64,000 bases of DNA from assembly GCA_036918135.1 (NCBI GenBank), contig JBALDB010000002.1, positions 32,001 to 96,000 on the forward strand. Direction: 5' to 3'. Source of the DNA: Nostoc sp. (GTDB taxonomy: Bacteria > Cyanobacteriota > Cyanobacteriia > Cyanobacteriales > Nostocaceae). The notes beneath the pieces were generated by a model. The model was not told the origin of the DNA. It was given only the letters and a program-made list of their open reading frames with translations, and searched no databases. Below are positions 62,300 through 64,000 of this stretch, piece after piece. The position numbers and the translations under genes are program-made. Positions within the stretch are counted from its first letter, which is position 1. Each line of letters begins with the position of its first letter.

Positions 62300-64000
62300 T
62301 TAGAAAGTGAAGGTAGTACGAAGTACACCTACGGTAGTTGTATCGTTGTTGCTATTGCTTTCAGGATTAAAAAGAACAAATGCACCCGGAGTAATGCTGA
62401 TATTATCGTTGACCCGAAAGCGGTAGTAAGCTTCTAAATGGTACGGAACAGCCCTGTTTTCACCCGCAGCTGCTAGGGTAGCCGCACCACCGGCATCAGT
62501 GCGATATAGTGGCTGACCAAAAATGATGCCGGCATTGTTCCCTTTTCGGAATAAATCGTTGAAATGAACACCCGCCATCCAACTAGTGAAGGTAGTAGAA
62601 GCATCGACTGTCTCAGAAGAATCATCAACAAAAAATGCCGCGCCATAACCAGATAAAGCAATGTTCGGAGAAAATCGCCAAGTAAATGTTCCACCAACAG
62701 AGTTAAGTTTTAGAGGTGTTGCTAAATCAACTCCTGCTAAAGCACCAATATCACTACTAGTTAATCCTGTAGCAAGAATGTTTATACTGTGATAGCTGTT
62801 GGCATAGTTGAGACCAATATCGATAGAACTGCTTGGTCTAAAAGTTAATTGAGCTGCTATGACGCTACTACCCCCAAATACACCTGCCCCCAATGGTGTA
62901 TCTGCTGTTTGCGCTGGTAAATTGGCGTTGACGCTGCCATACAAAGCTCTCAAATCGAGTTGCTTGGAAATATTAAAAATAAAGCCAGCAGCAGATGCTA
63001 AACCAGAACCAGAAGTACCACCAGAAATACGCACTACAGGGTTCAAACTCGCAAAGCGAGAAATCGCCTCTTGTCCTTCACCGTAAAAAGGAGTAATTGC
63101 AGGAAAAGCATCTGACACTTCCGCAGCAGTCCCAGCAAATAATGTGAGTTTATCAGCAACAGGAAAGATGTAAAGCAGTTTGTAAAGCTGAATAGAGTTG
63201 GCACCAATTGTTGTTAACGTTTTAGGATCGACTCCAGGAAATTGAGGTTCAAAACTAGTACGAGCGCTACTAGAACTGAGGATTGGTGATGCTAATCCCA
63301 AACTCTCTTGAAGGCTACCACTTCCATCTACGCCACCCAAGAAATTATATGCTTGCAACCCAGTAATCAGTGAGTCTTTACCGGTGAAACTGGTAGTAAG
63401 ATTTAACCGGACTCGGTTTGTCAAGATGATATTGGGGTCATCCACATCTGGAGCGCCTCCGGTTGCACCAATAGCTGCAATAATTACTTCACCATTGAGT
63501 TTGGTAGTTGTAGAAAACTGATTTGCCTCTAATTCACTGGTGCGAGCTTCCAGAGCATCTACTCGACCTCGCAGTGTAGCTAATTCCGCAGAAAATTCTT
63601 CTTGCAGTTTTTGCAAGGTGGCTAAATCTTGCTTTGTTACCAAATCACTAGTTGCAGTGGCAATTAGCTCGTTAACCCGATCTAAACACGCATTCAAACC
63701 AGCAGCAAATTCATAACGAGTCAGCGCACGGTTCCCCCGATATGTGCTGTTTGGATAGCCAGCAATACAACCATAGCGCTCGACTAGAGATTGTAATGCC
63801 GCAAAAGCCCAATCTGTAGGTTGGACATCTGACAATTGCGATACGGATGTTACTTGTGCTAACCGTATTCCAACAGAGGGACGTGAAAATTTTGAAGTAG
63901 TTTGCAAAGAATCACTAGAGGAAGGTAGCGTCAATGCAGCACTTTTATAATCATCATTACTTGTTTTATAACTAGCTTCATTTAGCAAATTAGCTGCTTT
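62300..64000 (-). CDS. SLH-domain OprB-type (iron-uptake) porin; 5' end outside the window
   Basis: QVTSVSQLSDVQPTDWA, TRYEFAAGL, C-terminal LRTTFTF. Confidence 0.92.
   Translation of the reverse strand, partial: KAANLLNEASYKTSNDDYKSAALTLPSSSDSLQTTSKFSRPSVGIRLAQVTSVSQLSDVQPTDWAFAALQSLVERYGCIAGYPNSTYRGNRALTRYEFAAGLNACLDRVNELIATATSDLVTKQDLATLQKLQEEFSAELATLRGRVDALEARTSELEANQFSTTTKLNGEVIIAAIGATGGAPDVDDPNIILTNRVRLNLTTSFTGKDSLITGLQAYNFLGGVDGSGSLQESLGLASPILSSSSARTSFEPQFPGVDPKTLTTIGANSIQLYKLLYIFPVADKLTLFAGTAAEVSDAFPAITPFYGEGQEAISRFASLNPVVRISGGTSGSGLASAAGFIFNISKQLDLRALYGSVNANLPAQTADTPLGAGVFGGSSVIAAQLTFRPSSSIDIGLNYANSYHSINILATGLTSSDIGALAGVDLATPLKLNSVGGTFTWRFSPNIALSGYGAAFFVDDSSETVDASTTFTSWMAGVHFNDLFRKGNNAGIIFGQPLYRTDAGGAATLAAAGENRAVPYHLEAYYRFRVNDNISITPGAFVLFNPESNSNNDTTTVGVLRTTFTF

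Overview
Chromosomal window of a heterocyst-type (Nostoc-like) cyanobacterium, judged from abundant HIP1 octamers (GCGATCGC), heptamer STRR repeats and the photosynthesis genes psbV, pds, crtB and por. Most of it is housekeeping or common accessory genes: a sugar ABC transporter, accD, pilD, leuB, nagZ, pds-crtB, natB, sdhA, por, a large ELWxxDGT/RTX protein, a yybP-ykoY riboswitch with a UPF0016 Mn exporter, rnb, rpsR, rpmG, moeA, a hybrid kinase, susB with a GH65/beta-PGM fusion, and a porin. The outstanding region, invisible in the ORF track, is a ~3.1 kb array at 12095-15155 of 31 tRNA genes or pseudogenes plus one tRNA-like element, covering all 20 amino acids. It has a sigma70 promoter overlapped by TGTAGT repeats and an rrn-type boxA. 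Three array tRNAs carry tiny, partly nested, two-hairpin repeat elements inserted at exactly the same T-loop position, replacing U55. The array also holds an 8/4 tRNA-Ser, tRNAs with a compensatory A18/G55 elbow and short-variable-loop tRNA-Leu genes. A small DUF6888/DUF6887-like cluster with extra paralogs, several MITE families and repeat-derived in-frame protein inserts were also seen. All calls were made by eye; no database searches were run.
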